Source: Lingula anatina (Eukaryota > Animalia > Brachiopoda). From it: 64,000 bases of DNA. This document shows, piece by piece, positions 10,990-23,800 of the stretch. The position numbers were made by a program, and so were the translations under genes. The stretch spans positions 34,801,967-34,865,966 of the forward strand of contig CM120640.1 in the NCBI GenBank assembly GCA_051362555.1, given 5' to 3'. Numbering within the stretch: position 1 is the first letter of the stretch; each line of letters opens with the position of its first letter. Below the pieces are notes generated by a model. The model had not been told where the DNA came from and did no database searches. It was given only the letters and a program-made list of their open reading frames with translations.

Positions 10990-13122
10990 AGAAAATTATA
11001 TATATATATATATATAAAGCGTATACCACAGTGGAATTGACCATCCTGGTACCATCTCATTATGACCAATGGCAGTTTGGTGCTAAACGCCACAATCTTT
11101 GTATTCCAGTAGAAACTGTCCTTTGTAATTTTCATACAGTAGTACCGTTTTCCATTTTAAATACAGGTAAATACAGTTGTTAAGATGATTGTCTTATGAC
11201 TTATCAAGAACTGAAAGTAGGCCTGTGGAGCAAAAGTTCATGCTGCGTGTCACTTTGAATGTTGAAATGTTGGAGGAAATCTAAATTGCGTAATTACAAT
11301 TGAACTGAACTGCTTGATGAGACTTGCTCAAAATTATGCATTAATTTCAGTTACATGGACTTGATTATTATATTCGATGTAAGCATTGTGTAGGTCTTGC
11401 GTCATAAAATAAAATATTACAGTTATAAACTGAAGTTTTGGTCTGTGGTGTAACTTTTTCATAATTGTTCCATCACTAAATTTTATTTTCCTTATAACTT
11501 AATTTATTACAGTTTTACAGAATCTTGTTACACATAATATATCCGAGATATTTTATGCCTATAACTGACCAGTTTGAACTGACACATGAGATTTGCTTCG
11601 TACATTTTACATTGCCGCAGGTGAAATCGTTCCACAAGTCATGAATGTGCACTGTTGGTTAAAACGAATCAACAAAAAATATTAATATTATTATCGTTTT
11701 TTCCCAGTGCACATAATATGAACAATTTTGATGAGGAGATGGGAAGAATTTTCATTTCTATAACCCTGCTTTTTAAATCAAAAGGTTGTGGGTTTCTGCA
11801 TTCTTACACCTGCAGCTCTATTATTCTTCATCCAATGGTTAAATGTTCCATATGATACTGAAATCTTTGGTAACTACATGTATGATCAACTTTTTACAGA
11901 AGTTATTAAGAGACATTTGATAATTCTGTATACTGTACAACATTTCACTATCTACATAATCAAGAATGAACAATTTCGTTGTTACAGTATTAACAGCATG
12001 TAATACCAAGAGGACTAGATGAAGCTGTTTTTAGTAAAAGGTAGGGCCCCAAGTCTCACAATTACTTCATTTTAAACCTCTATGAAAAGTAAGTACATCA
12101 CAGATCGCGCACAGTGCTTGCTTTTAAAATAAAAGATAATGCTTCTCAACAGTGTCACTGAATATGTATAATCCAGCCCTGAACATGTATAATCCAGCCA
12201 GTAAATGGTTCACTTATAGACGCCCATCGTTTGGAAAATTCATATTACAGTGTCGCTTTCATTGTATTTGTATTAACATAATTTGAATTTTGTATATATA
12301 CATTCACTACATTTAAAAAGAACATGCCATGGGATGACAAAACTAGCACTGACTGGTGCACTGCAGCACTGTTTAAATATCTTCAAACTGAAAATAAAAA
12401 TACACTGACATTTCTCCCCAAATGATTTGGTGAATAGCATGTCTAACATGCACCATATTTCTTTTATCACAAATTGCACAAATTTCAAACACTTCATTGT
12501 TTTCATGCCTGCCTGGCTAGACAAAAACTTGAGATCTTAAAAGATCACTTGAAACTATAACTTAAACTATACTTAAACTACATGTAGTGATGGATTCTTC
12601 ACCAATTTGCATTATTCTACATCAGGTATTTTTTATTACCTTTATGCCATGTTTTTATGTGCATCTTGCACAGCCCAATTTCTACCATCTTTTCTGCATT
12701 ATGGCATCTGTGTAGAAGTTGCAACCATTATGACCTTGTTGCACAGACGGAAATGATAAAAATTCAAATAATTTTATTTGCTGTACTGCTGATGAGTACT
12801 ACATACTGCTCACCTTATAAGCTGATAACTTCTAAGTACTAGAATTATCATTTCCTGCAACGCACCTTATTTTGCAACTGAAATAAATTTAAAGATCACT
12901 GTCCTCTGCAGAAACGGGAAAAGTAATATGGTGAAAAATTGTACCCAGTGCTGCTGTTCTGCTGACCACAGGCTCATTTAAAAACAAAACCTTTTTTCTG
13001 ACAGTTTCCTTCAAAACTGTATAGACAGCAGTGAAAATGACAGCAATGGTACGTAGTTTCCTCCAAAAAGAAAAAAAACTTTTCTGACAAACTTTCCAAT
13101 GTGAAAGAAAAAAATGGAAGAT

Positions 13123-16100
13123 TTACAGAAATACAAAATCTTCTGATTCCTTTGAAGGTGAACGTGGCTTCCCATCATCGTTCAAATGTCTCACTCTTAA
13201 AAACTTATCATTCTTTGGATGGTATGACTCACAATTCACTTCGTTGCTGCGCCCTTCAGAAAATATGAACATTGGGTATTGTCCTTTCTGCTTTGGTGGT
13301 GACAGGAACTTAAAAAAATGAAAAAAAAATTATTTTCCATAACAATACCAGTTATCAAATTAAAATGTGTAACAGCAATTTTCTACCATTCTTACATCTG
13401 CCTTAAGATTACATAAAATAAATTCAAAAGTTTGTTGATTTTAAAATACATAATAAAATAACATTTAACAAAAATTAATGATAATAAGCCTGTTTCTGAT
13501 AGTTTCAAATTGACAAATAAGAAATGTACTGCATTTTCCTAGCAGAAATATTTTTGCACAGATACTTACCTCTTTTGCATGAACAAAGAATTGTTCAAAA
13601 TCCTGCCTAGTTCTACAGTAAAAACCTATAGTGCAGCTGGGATCCATCTTTGAGAAAGACATCTTCCTAGGGGTGACACAGTGGAAAGACTGCAACAAGA
13701 AACAAAAACTTAAAGGCATAGAAACAGAATAAAAACATGCAAGTATGTAGTGGAAAATACATATAATTATCCTGTTGAGACTTGCACTTGGTATACTACT
13801 ACCACAGTGGCACATTTAGGGGGTGTCACGCCAACAGTCCCCTCTTGAAATTAGCATTATGACTAGCTGAATCATGGTTTGAACCATACCAAATGGCATG
13901 GTTTCCCCTCCTAAACACCAAAAATTTTCTTCTCCCTTCAGCAGGCCCAGAACCCCACGCATGGGGGTGAGGGCTGGCTTTGGATCCAAGGCCTGTCATT
14001 CCTGAAAAAAACAGACATCCCCCCCCCCCCTTCAAATAATCCTGGACCCGCCCCTGTACCAGGGAGTTGTTTAGGTATAATTTCCAAATTCACATTAAAT
14101 TTTTTTGAGTGTGTGTGTTTGACAACACATTTTTTGATATTTAAAAAAATTAACCTCAATACCTGTATAGGGAAATTGTTATCTGTCACAACATTCACCA
14201 CATCTTGGCAGTAATGGGGATCTAAGTGGATGAGCTTTTCATCTGAAACCAAAACAAACTGATAATCAGTAATGAAATACAAGTGTTATGTGCTACTAAT
14301 AGGTAAAATTTTAAAGTGTCTGAGTTCAGAAAATCAATCGGTTCTGCTCCAGACAACATACATGTTATACTAACATACAAATCATCTACACACAAAGAAA
14401 AAGACATTATAAGGTCAAATATAAAAAGAACACAATAACTAAAAAGTTGTAACAACTTACATGTTAAGGACATGATAAAAACTAAAGCAACAAATAAAAT
14501 ACATTAACCAACAAATAACCAAAACAGGACACAACCCCTCACCCTGAAAGCCAACAAAGTACAAGGAATGTTTGGGCTTTCCTCCTATCACTCCAATACA
14601 CATATCATAGGCAAGACATGACTGGATACATGGGGTGTAAATATGGTTCAGTATCTCCCCTCCTAGTCTGACTGGGATCAGAATGATCACTGCTCTCCAG
14701 TGGTCCTCCCTGGCGCCCTCCGTCTCCTGGTAAGAATGCTCCAGGGAGGTGCTGCTGTTGAAGGTTTCTGCCCGAGGTCGCTTTGTACACAGGTCAATTA
14801 TATCTTGTTTATACACTGAAACACAGGAGATATTGTTTTAAGTCATTCAAAGTATGTATTAGGTGTTACATAAAATACTCCAACTGTCCACATTCAAATT
14901 CAGATTTGAAAAATAAAAGTGTCTTAATTTTCCTTAGCATTATGATTTCTATATCATAAGAAAGGCAGGCTTCAACTGTGATGCCCTAAAATCATAACCA
15001 TTAGGACAATGATGCATTTTAATAATTGTTCATGCTGATTAGTCATGTGTGGGCAAGTATGCATAGCCTCACTAATTTGGATGCTCTAATTTTTGTATTG
15101 GTGTGCGAGATTGTTTGAGAAAAAGAGAGGGAGAGAGAAAACTAAATACCTGTACTATCCTGAGAAACATAAACACACACTTGGCCAAGTATTGGATTAA
15201 ACTCAAACGCATTTTCCATTGCTATCCTGAATAAGATTAATTTTATATAATTAGGTAAACTGTTTCTTAATTTTCAACTATTTGCACTAAACATAAAATT
15301 CACCTTTTAATGAGTACATTAAAATTCCGCTGATCCAATTCCATCTTAAGACCATATAATATCTTGTCCACAATTTACTGTTTTAAACAGTAAAACCAGG
15401 CACGTCCATTATTGATAACTGGCAAAAATATGCAACTGTAACTTACTAAAGAAAAAAGACATTTCATGTCAATCTGTGATCAATTTTGTTTAAATTTACT
15501 CCATGTCTAAAAGAAAAAGTGTGCTATCACGACAAATCCTACATCATTCAGAAATATGTATTCTGCGTTGTTTCATTTACTTACTTTATGATATGTGCCA
15601 CTGAAGCTGGCCCATACCAGTCACCAGGCATCTTCCCAGAGTCTTTACCCAGCTGAACAAGTCTGTGGACTGAGAATGGAGTGTTCTTACTAAGGCAGTC
15701 GCCAAACCACCTAATGATTTGCCTGTGGAATGTGTCGTGTTCTCGCGAGGGTGAAGCCAAAAACAAGTTCCAGTCTGAAAAAGATAAATTTTGAAGATAT
15801 GGGGAAGTAAAATAAATTAGAGAATTTATGACAGAGACAGTTATTTTAACATTAAAAAAAATTTTCCAACAGCAAAATTTCCTACAAAAATGAAACGAAA
15901 GACTGATGAAAATGATAACAGAGTACTGCTACTGGTCACATATGGTGCAGTGTACCACAGTTCAGAGTAGTGTAAAAATAACAAGCCATAAATATTTTAA
16001 TCAATATCATATGTAACAATATAATGGCAGTTATATATAACTCACATCCCAACCTAAAGATAAATATGTCACACTTTCTGCATTAATAAATATAATAAAT

Positions 16101-17635
16101 TCAGTGTTACGGTAACAATTGTATCATAGATGAATTGGAGTGTTACCCATACCTCGCCCAAGGAAATGCATAATTAAAGCTTGAGCCAACATCATCTGTC
16201 CACTGCGTAACATACAGCCCCAGCCACAGTCAGTTGTGAACTGGGAGCCTGAAATTGTGGGGAAACCTCTTCTATAGGTGAACCATATCCTACTGATGAA
16301 GTCCTGTTTAAAAAGCTCTATGTCAGGGGGATGTTGTTTATCAGTCTCCGTTTCAAATCCAACTAGTAAAAGAAAATATAAATTGTTTTATATATTTTGA
16401 CAGGAAAGTACACAATGATGTGTTATATGAGAAATGTTGATTTTTTAAATAGGCTGCTGAAAGATGAAACTGTTTAAAAATTAAAAACCATAAGGTAAAC
16501 AGACTATGAAAACAGTAAAGATAGAAAATGATGCCCTACATTTACATACAATGTTCATGTAACCTCACATTAAAATAAAAACTACTGGTACTGTGTTTTA
16601 CTGAAGAAATGATATGGATATTATTGACCCAGTAAAAATCATGGGCTACTTTCTGATATATGTTTTTGTTTCTATGATAGTGAAATGGAAACAGATCAAT
16701 CCAAACATTATGTTATTAGAGACTGCATATACATGTACCTTCATTTTTGGCATGGTAACATTTCCCAAGCAGAAAAAGAGGATGTTGATGGTTGAAGTGA
16801 GTCTTGGTTTTCACTGTCCAACCTGGATATTTAAACAATAATAAATAATTATTAGAAAACTTGTCAATTGAGGACAAAACTTAGTTCCAAAACAGAAAAA
16901 AAATTAAATCATATCCATCAATACTCTATAACTACATGTAATATCAATTACAACTACACCATTTAAAGATGACTATCCTCTCATGTAATATAACTTGTTA
17001 CACTTACCATATCTCACATTATTCCATGCTGACATAATTTTTGTTTTCACTTTATCCATTTGATCTTCATTAGGCACATACTCTACAGGAGGGCCAGCAT
17101 CTATAGTGCTTATAGTTCTCACAGGAGTTGGGTAATTTTTATGCCTATGATGGCTAAAATAATGATGTCTATGATGCTTCTTATCAGAATGTTTCTTTTG
17201 GTTTGTGTCTGTATCTGTGTGCTCGGGCAAATACGAATTCGCCACATCAACAAAGCTACTACTACTACTACTAGTCGTTGGACTAGGTTCTGTGTATTCA
17301 TTCAAATGTACCCTGTGCATTCCGGCGAGTATATCCTCTGGTTCATGGTCAGTTTCTATGTGCTTTTTCTTCTTTCTGAATTTTAACAGATCCATAGCAG
17401 CAGCTAATGTACCCTTGTCCGAAGATAAAGATCGAGTACCAGTAGTACTTGTAGTACTAGTAGCCGCTGTGGGATGTTCATTGCCATTGGCATTGCTTAT
17501 GGCACTTGATGAGGCACCGTCATTGTTGAGGCCAAGAACACTATCGTTCCATGAAGAAACCGAAATAACATCTGCGTTTTGACTTCTCCTTTGCATTGGG
17601 ATTCTGAGTACCAAAGAATCGCCAGCAAATGCCAT
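13123..17635 (-). CDS. ATG4D: Cysteine protease ATG4D-like (ATG4C/D subfamily)
   Basis: Exons (minus strand) 17635-17008, 16822-16739, 16362-16153, 15774-15585, 15226-15150, 14815-14543, 14242-14163, 13689-13570, 13308-13123. Motifs [18 protein letters not shown], catalytic [39 protein letters not shown], catalytic [17 protein letters not shown]-terminal LIR EDFVFL*. Confidence 0.95.
13805..14056. mobile_element. MITE of the CAG(T/G)GGCGGAT...ATCCGCCCCTG family in an ATG4D intron
   Basis: Ends CAGTGGCACATTTAG / CTGGACCCGCCCCTG. Interior is clearly homologous to 51149-51399. Confidence 0.75.
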
Positions 17636-17870
17636 AAACCGATAAAAACTGCACTGATTCTGTTTTCATCTGTAATTATTCCGGGTTTCCGATGTGCACT
17701 ACGTCATCGATGTATGTGTTTATCCACGTCATCAAGTCGTGTACATTTAAAGATGGCGCTTCCGTTTGAAAGGTGTGCGAAATGTTATTTCAATGTCGCG
17801 TCCGCTAATAAGCAACTGATGGTGCAACAAAAAGTGATTTAATATAGTGCCGTCATTATTTTAGCAAATA
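17636..17870. promoter_or_regulatory. Bidirectional promoter and 5' UTR region, ATG4D/RAD17
   Basis: Only 235 bp between divergent start codons. Locally CpG-rich. YY1-type AAGATGGCG at 17750-17758, CCACGTCA (TGACGTGG) at 17724-17731, ACGTCA at 17701-17706. Confidence 0.7.
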
Positions 17871-20800
17871 ATGGTAAGTTACCCGCTTTTAAACATGTAG
17901 GAATAACAATGAAGATTTCCCAAACCGTCACTTTCTAGTGTGTGATTGTCTTGTGAGGTTGTTCAAATACGAAATAGAACACTACTAATATTTAATGTGA
18001 TGTGATAGGGACACATCTTGTGTCACAGTTGAATGTGGTATCTTGTCAACTATCAAACGGATATAGTATGTCCCTTAGAAAATAAGAAAACCACCTGCAA
18101 TCTGGGAGATGGGGGTGGGGGAAGTACAGAAGAATAAAAGTGCCACAAGATGTATTCGTGTTTTATTATTTTTCCCCCCAATGACTTCATGCTTGGTTTC
18201 ATTTTTATTTTAGAAGAAAGAAGATGTAGATTGTTTGTGGAGTGATGAAGAAGATGACATTTTTTTCAGTCCAACTAAACCGGTTGTAAAAAACAATGTC
18301 AATAAACAAAGGAAGTTGGATACTTTTACAAGTCAAATACCTGCACAAATTTCAACTGTAAAGGTAAGTATGAAAGGGTTTTTCAATTATGCATTGTATA
18401 TCTCATAATATGAATACATGTTATCACAGTATCCGATTGCTTATCTGATTAGTTGTGCAATTTGCTTTTTTCTTTTCCTTTACTCCATTTATATGTAATG
18501 TTGCTTCCTTAATAAACAAAACATTAGATAATGAATAATTTAAAGAAACAAAATGATCCATTATTTAAGTTAACCTTTCAGAGCAATGCCTCCTGGGTAG
18601 CCTCAGCCTTTGATGGTTTTGATGACTTTGAGGCCCCAGTTGTGAAATCATGCACTGCTGGAAAACAGACACTGCTGTCCCAGAGCAGTGATTCTTTCCA
18701 AAGAAAGAGACCTAGAGAGACAAGTACCAAAACAAGGGGGCATAGTTTCATGAGCCAAAGAAGTGCCATAACCAGAAGGAAAAATGTATCAGATAATGAC
18801 CTCTGGGCTGATAAGCATGCACCACTCTCAAAAGTAAGATTTTGGTTGAAACACATACAAGTTCTTTTTGTCAATAATGTAAATGCTGATAGACTGGGAA
18901 AGTAACAATTTATTGCTCACAGTATTGACGAAAGAACTTCTACAGTTCTAGTGAAATTACTGATGAAACTTTTCAACAGTGGGTTTAAATTTTTTGTAGA
19001 TGGTAAGGTTTTCAGGGACTGATATCGCTACCTCACAGATGTGATACCTTGAATTTACCTGTATCTTTACATTCCAACTATATTTGATAATATCATGCAA
19101 TCAGAAAATATTTTTTACATTTTACTGGATAAAAATTGGACCCAGTGATTAGAAAGTTTTTAAAAATGTAATTTTGATGTGGAAATATTACTATTATTTA
19201 ATGTAATTAGTGTTTTCTTGAAAATAAGCTGTTCTTGCTGAACAGTTTAGACTGAGCAAAATATTTATCAGCCTGGTATAGATTTACTCCAAAAATTATA
19301 ATTTTTTACACAAGCAAAATACTAAAGTGTAGACTTGGTTGTTTAAATGCATACCCCTTTCCATTTTAGAATGACCTTGCCGTCCACAAAAAGAAGATAG
19401 AAGAGGTAGAGAATTGGTTGTTGAATAATTTGAAGAGGAAACCACATCAGGTAAACAGACACCCCTCATTTAGATAGAGTAAATACAATTTTGATTTTAA
19501 ACCAATTGAACTTTTTGATACATTACATCAAGTAATAGGTTTGAACAGGTTTAATCATTAGAAATTTAACATGTTCTGAGAAATTGCCATTCATAACTGC
19601 TCGTGCATGTGTGGTTACAGGTGCACCAGCCCATAAGGTACATACCTCAGACTCCTGATTTGATTTGAAAAAAAAAAAGAATTTATCCTCCATTTAGATG
19701 TTGTAAGGACTTTGTGTATGTTTGTACATCCCTTAATCAGCCAATCTACACCAGACCAAAAAAATAACATTCAATTTTTTTTTCAGGGAGCCCCTGTGTT
19801 GCTCCTGACAGGTCCAGCAGGAGCAGGAAAAACAGCAACCATGAATGTTTTATCACAGGAGCACAATATAGAAATACAGGAATGGGTAAACCCCCTTGTT
19901 ACCCAATTTGAGGAAATTGCTTTCAACAGAGAAGGTTAGTTTAGAAATACGTTTGCAATGAGTAAGAGTCCCTATATTCTTAAGGTTTCATCATATTTGC
20001 TTAGTTACACTTAAAAATCCTTTATGTTTCACCTAGATGATTGCAAATAATTAGATGTTCAGTAATTTTTTTTGCTTTTTATCACCACTTTTATTTGCTA
20101 TTTATACTCTTGAGATACACACAATTGGCCTGCATTTATATGTTCATTGAAAGATTTTTTTTTAGATAACACATTTTTTAAAATGATCTTTATGTCAGTC
20201 AATGCTGATGTGTTTTTTCCTTCACACAGTTGTCCTGAAATTACGTTCATTGATTTCTTTTAACATGATACATTTTATAAAATATTTTAGGTTATTTAAT
20301 GCTGATTTGTTTTTTTCCTTCAGATTATGTGCCTGTGGAAGGACCCACACATAATTCTCAGGTGACAGTATTTAGGGATTTCCTTCTCAGAGCCAATAAA
20401 TATCAAACTCTTCAGATATTTGGAGGTGACCGCTGTCACAGCAGAAAGATTGTCCTAGTCGAGGTTGGTATTTTCAGCAAGGTATAAGTAATTAAAATGT
20501 GCTTGAGGGAGTGTTTTCTCTTTTGATTATCTATTGAATCAGATTTGATCTGATGTTGCTATTTTTTCGCTGAACACGATGTTTTTAAGGATTATGGAGC
20601 TATGTCAGTAATAGATTCTAGCTTGTATTTGAAGTATGAAGCCTGAAATACAGTAAATGCCACTATTATGTGTTATTTTTGATGAATGTCGAATTTTTTT
20701 TTCCATTTTCAGGATTTTCCCAACTTCTTTTATAGACAGTCAAAAGACTTCCATGAAATATTGAGGTATATAAATGATGATGTTTTCCAAAATTAAAATT

Positions 20801-23800
20801 ATTTTTAAAGGAAAAAAATTCTGTGCAAACTTTGATTTCAAAACTTAACAAACTATGTATAGCACCTTATTTTCAGTAAGGTTGAAGCGCATATGTTTTA
20901 GTAAATGAGTAGTACAATTTAAAATTTTTATGGTTATTTCCAGAAAATATGTCTCTACGGGTCACTGTCCTCTGGTATTTATAATTAGTGATAGTGCAGG
21001 TGGTGAATCCAATGAGAGGCATCTCTTCCCAAAAGATCTACAAAGTCAGCTTAATATATACAACATTAGGTGAGTTGGTATAATAACTTAAGTCATCTTG
21101 ATATATATCGTTTTAGGAAGCGATTTAATAATGGTATGATGAGTTTTATGGTTAACTTAATAAGGAGCAATTAAAACATGATATTGATGGTGAGCAACCT
21201 AATATTATGTTTTGATATCTTGTACTAATTTATTTTCAGTTTTAATCCAGTAGCACCAACAAGTATGGTCAAAGTATTACAAAGGATAGCTACAACTGAA
21301 TCTACTAAGGTACAATGTCTATGACAGGAAGTTTGCCATCTCTGTTATATGCCCTTTTTTGTTTTAATGCTTTCTGTAGTGTTTTCTGAGAAATAAAAAA
21401 AAGAAGAAAATTAAAACCTACGGTGTCATTCAACAACTTATAATTTTTACACTAAAAATTCACCGATGGAAATTTTCAGCCAGTAGTTGACTTTTGAACT
21501 CTGATAAAAATCTTACTACATTAAATTCGATTTTAATTTCATATTTATTTTATACACAATATATATGATAGCATTGATTATTCATATTGCCTTTGTCAGG
21601 GTGCCCATAAGTTTAGTGTTCCAAGTAAGTCGACTCTGGAAGCTATTGCCAATGCGAGCTCTGGAGATATCCGTGGTGCTGTTAATGCTTTACAGTTTGC
21701 CTGTCTAAGAGGTAAGGAAAGATTAACTTTCAAAGTATTGATTTGATAGGCATAAGTTGTACTGTTAAAAAAAAGTATAATTAATTGCTGAATGTCTGTT
21801 TGATAGGGTAGGAAAATGAAATTAGATAAACAAAATTTCTATTATTATTTTTTTATACACTATGACAACTATTTTAAAAAGTGTTATTGTTATGAGTATT
21901 ATTATGATGGTTAAAGATCAGTTCCACAGGAAGAAAACTGTTTCTTTTCTTTCATAAAATGATATGTTATAAAAGTATTTTGTTTCCATCCTAAAATATT
22001 TTATATGCCACAACCATTGTTTTCCAATTTGTATATTCTGTTACTATCGTAGACACAGCAGATTTGGCCAGTATAATGAGGTCATCTTGTAAGGACAAGA
22101 AGAAAAGTGGGCAGAGTTCAAAATCAAAATCAAAATCTGCAAAGTCCAAGCAGACAAAAGGTACAACGAATGCAGGAGATGAGGAAGAGACAGATCTTGC
22201 GGCCATTGGAGGGAAAGACACTTCATTATTCTTATTCAGGGCTCTGGGAAAGATCTTACATTGTAAAAGTGAGTAATTGCCATTCCTGATATGCTGAATT
22301 ATGAAAAAAAAAATTGATACAATAAACTAGGCACTGCAAATTTAAATGATAAATTTTATTTAACAAATTCTGTCTGAAGATTGATCATCATGATTAACAG
22401 TGTTTGAATGTGTTACTTCTATAAACACAAACTTAACCCTCATCCACAAGGAAATGGAACCCTACGTAAACCCTGAAACAGGGCCTCAGAGGCCCGGTGT
22501 ACCATGAAAATCTGACTCCCCCCAAAAAACATTCAAAAATATAATTTAATTTGAGTAAATAACTATGATCTTGTAGTATGCATAATGGAGGACACATTGG
22601 CACTTTTTGTTAGTTTGCAGGTGAAAATTTTCATGAAAAAATAAAAAAAAAAATTAAAGATTTGTATTTTACCACCCAAGGACTCCCCTATGAAAAAGCT
22701 ATTTATTTGACACTTGATGACCATTTCAACATCTTTTCTTTGAGGATACTTTATGAGGAATATATTGAAAGTACTTGAAACTTTAATGGTTAAAAAATTG
22801 GGTGAAAAAAAAAATAATAAAAAAACACATTAAAAAATAAGAAAAATTAAAGATTTATATTCTAACACCCAATGACCCCCCTATGAAAAAGCTATTTATT
22901 TGATATTTGATGATCATTCTGACATCTTTTCTTTGAGGATACTTTATGAGGAATATATTGAAAGTACTTGAAAGTTTGATGGTTAAAAAATTGGGTGAAA
23001 AAAATAATAAAAAACACATGAAAAATAAGAAAAATTAAAGATTTGTATTCTAACACCCAATGACTCCCCTATGAAAAGGTTATCTATTTGATATTTGATG
23101 ATCATTCTGACATCTTTTCTTTAAGGATACTTAATGAAGAATATATTGGAAATATTTGAAAGTTTGAATGGTAAAATACTGGGTATGCTATATAAGAAGA
23201 ATTCAGTAAAAAGGCGATGGGGCCAATTTCGTGAGTTAAAAATGTAGCATTTTGACATGGAAGTGCAAAACCTACAGGTAGTAAGATGAATACTTGTTTT
23301 AAAAATATTCACCAAAATTTTCACCACCAAACTTTCAAATAATAACAAAATGTACATCTCTGTGCAAACTATGTAGAAAACAATGGTATGGTGACTGAAT
23401 ATAAAATAGGTCCTTTTCTTTATGGGAATCCAAATCTCATGGGTATAAAAATGAAGATTTTCATGATTTATTTTTCATTCTTTCACTCACTATTTTATCA
23501 TAAAACTTTTAAATATTTCCAATATATTTTTCATAAAGTATCCTAATAGAAAAGATGTCAGAATGATCATCAAATATCAAATAAATAGCTTTTTCATAGG
23601 GGAGTTATTGGGTGATAAAATGCACATTTTTAATTTTCTATTTTTCATGTTTTTTTTTAGTTTTTTCACCCAATAGTTTACCATCAAACTTTCAAATATT
23701 TCCAATATAATCTTCATAAAGTAAATTTAAAGGAAAGATGTAGAAATGATCATCCAATATCAAATAAATAGCTTTTTCAAAGGGGATACAATGGGCGGTT

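Noticed and set aside
17060-17582. Plus-strand ORFs of 108 and 125 aa
   Set aside because: Antisense shadows of the low-complexity ATG4D first exon.
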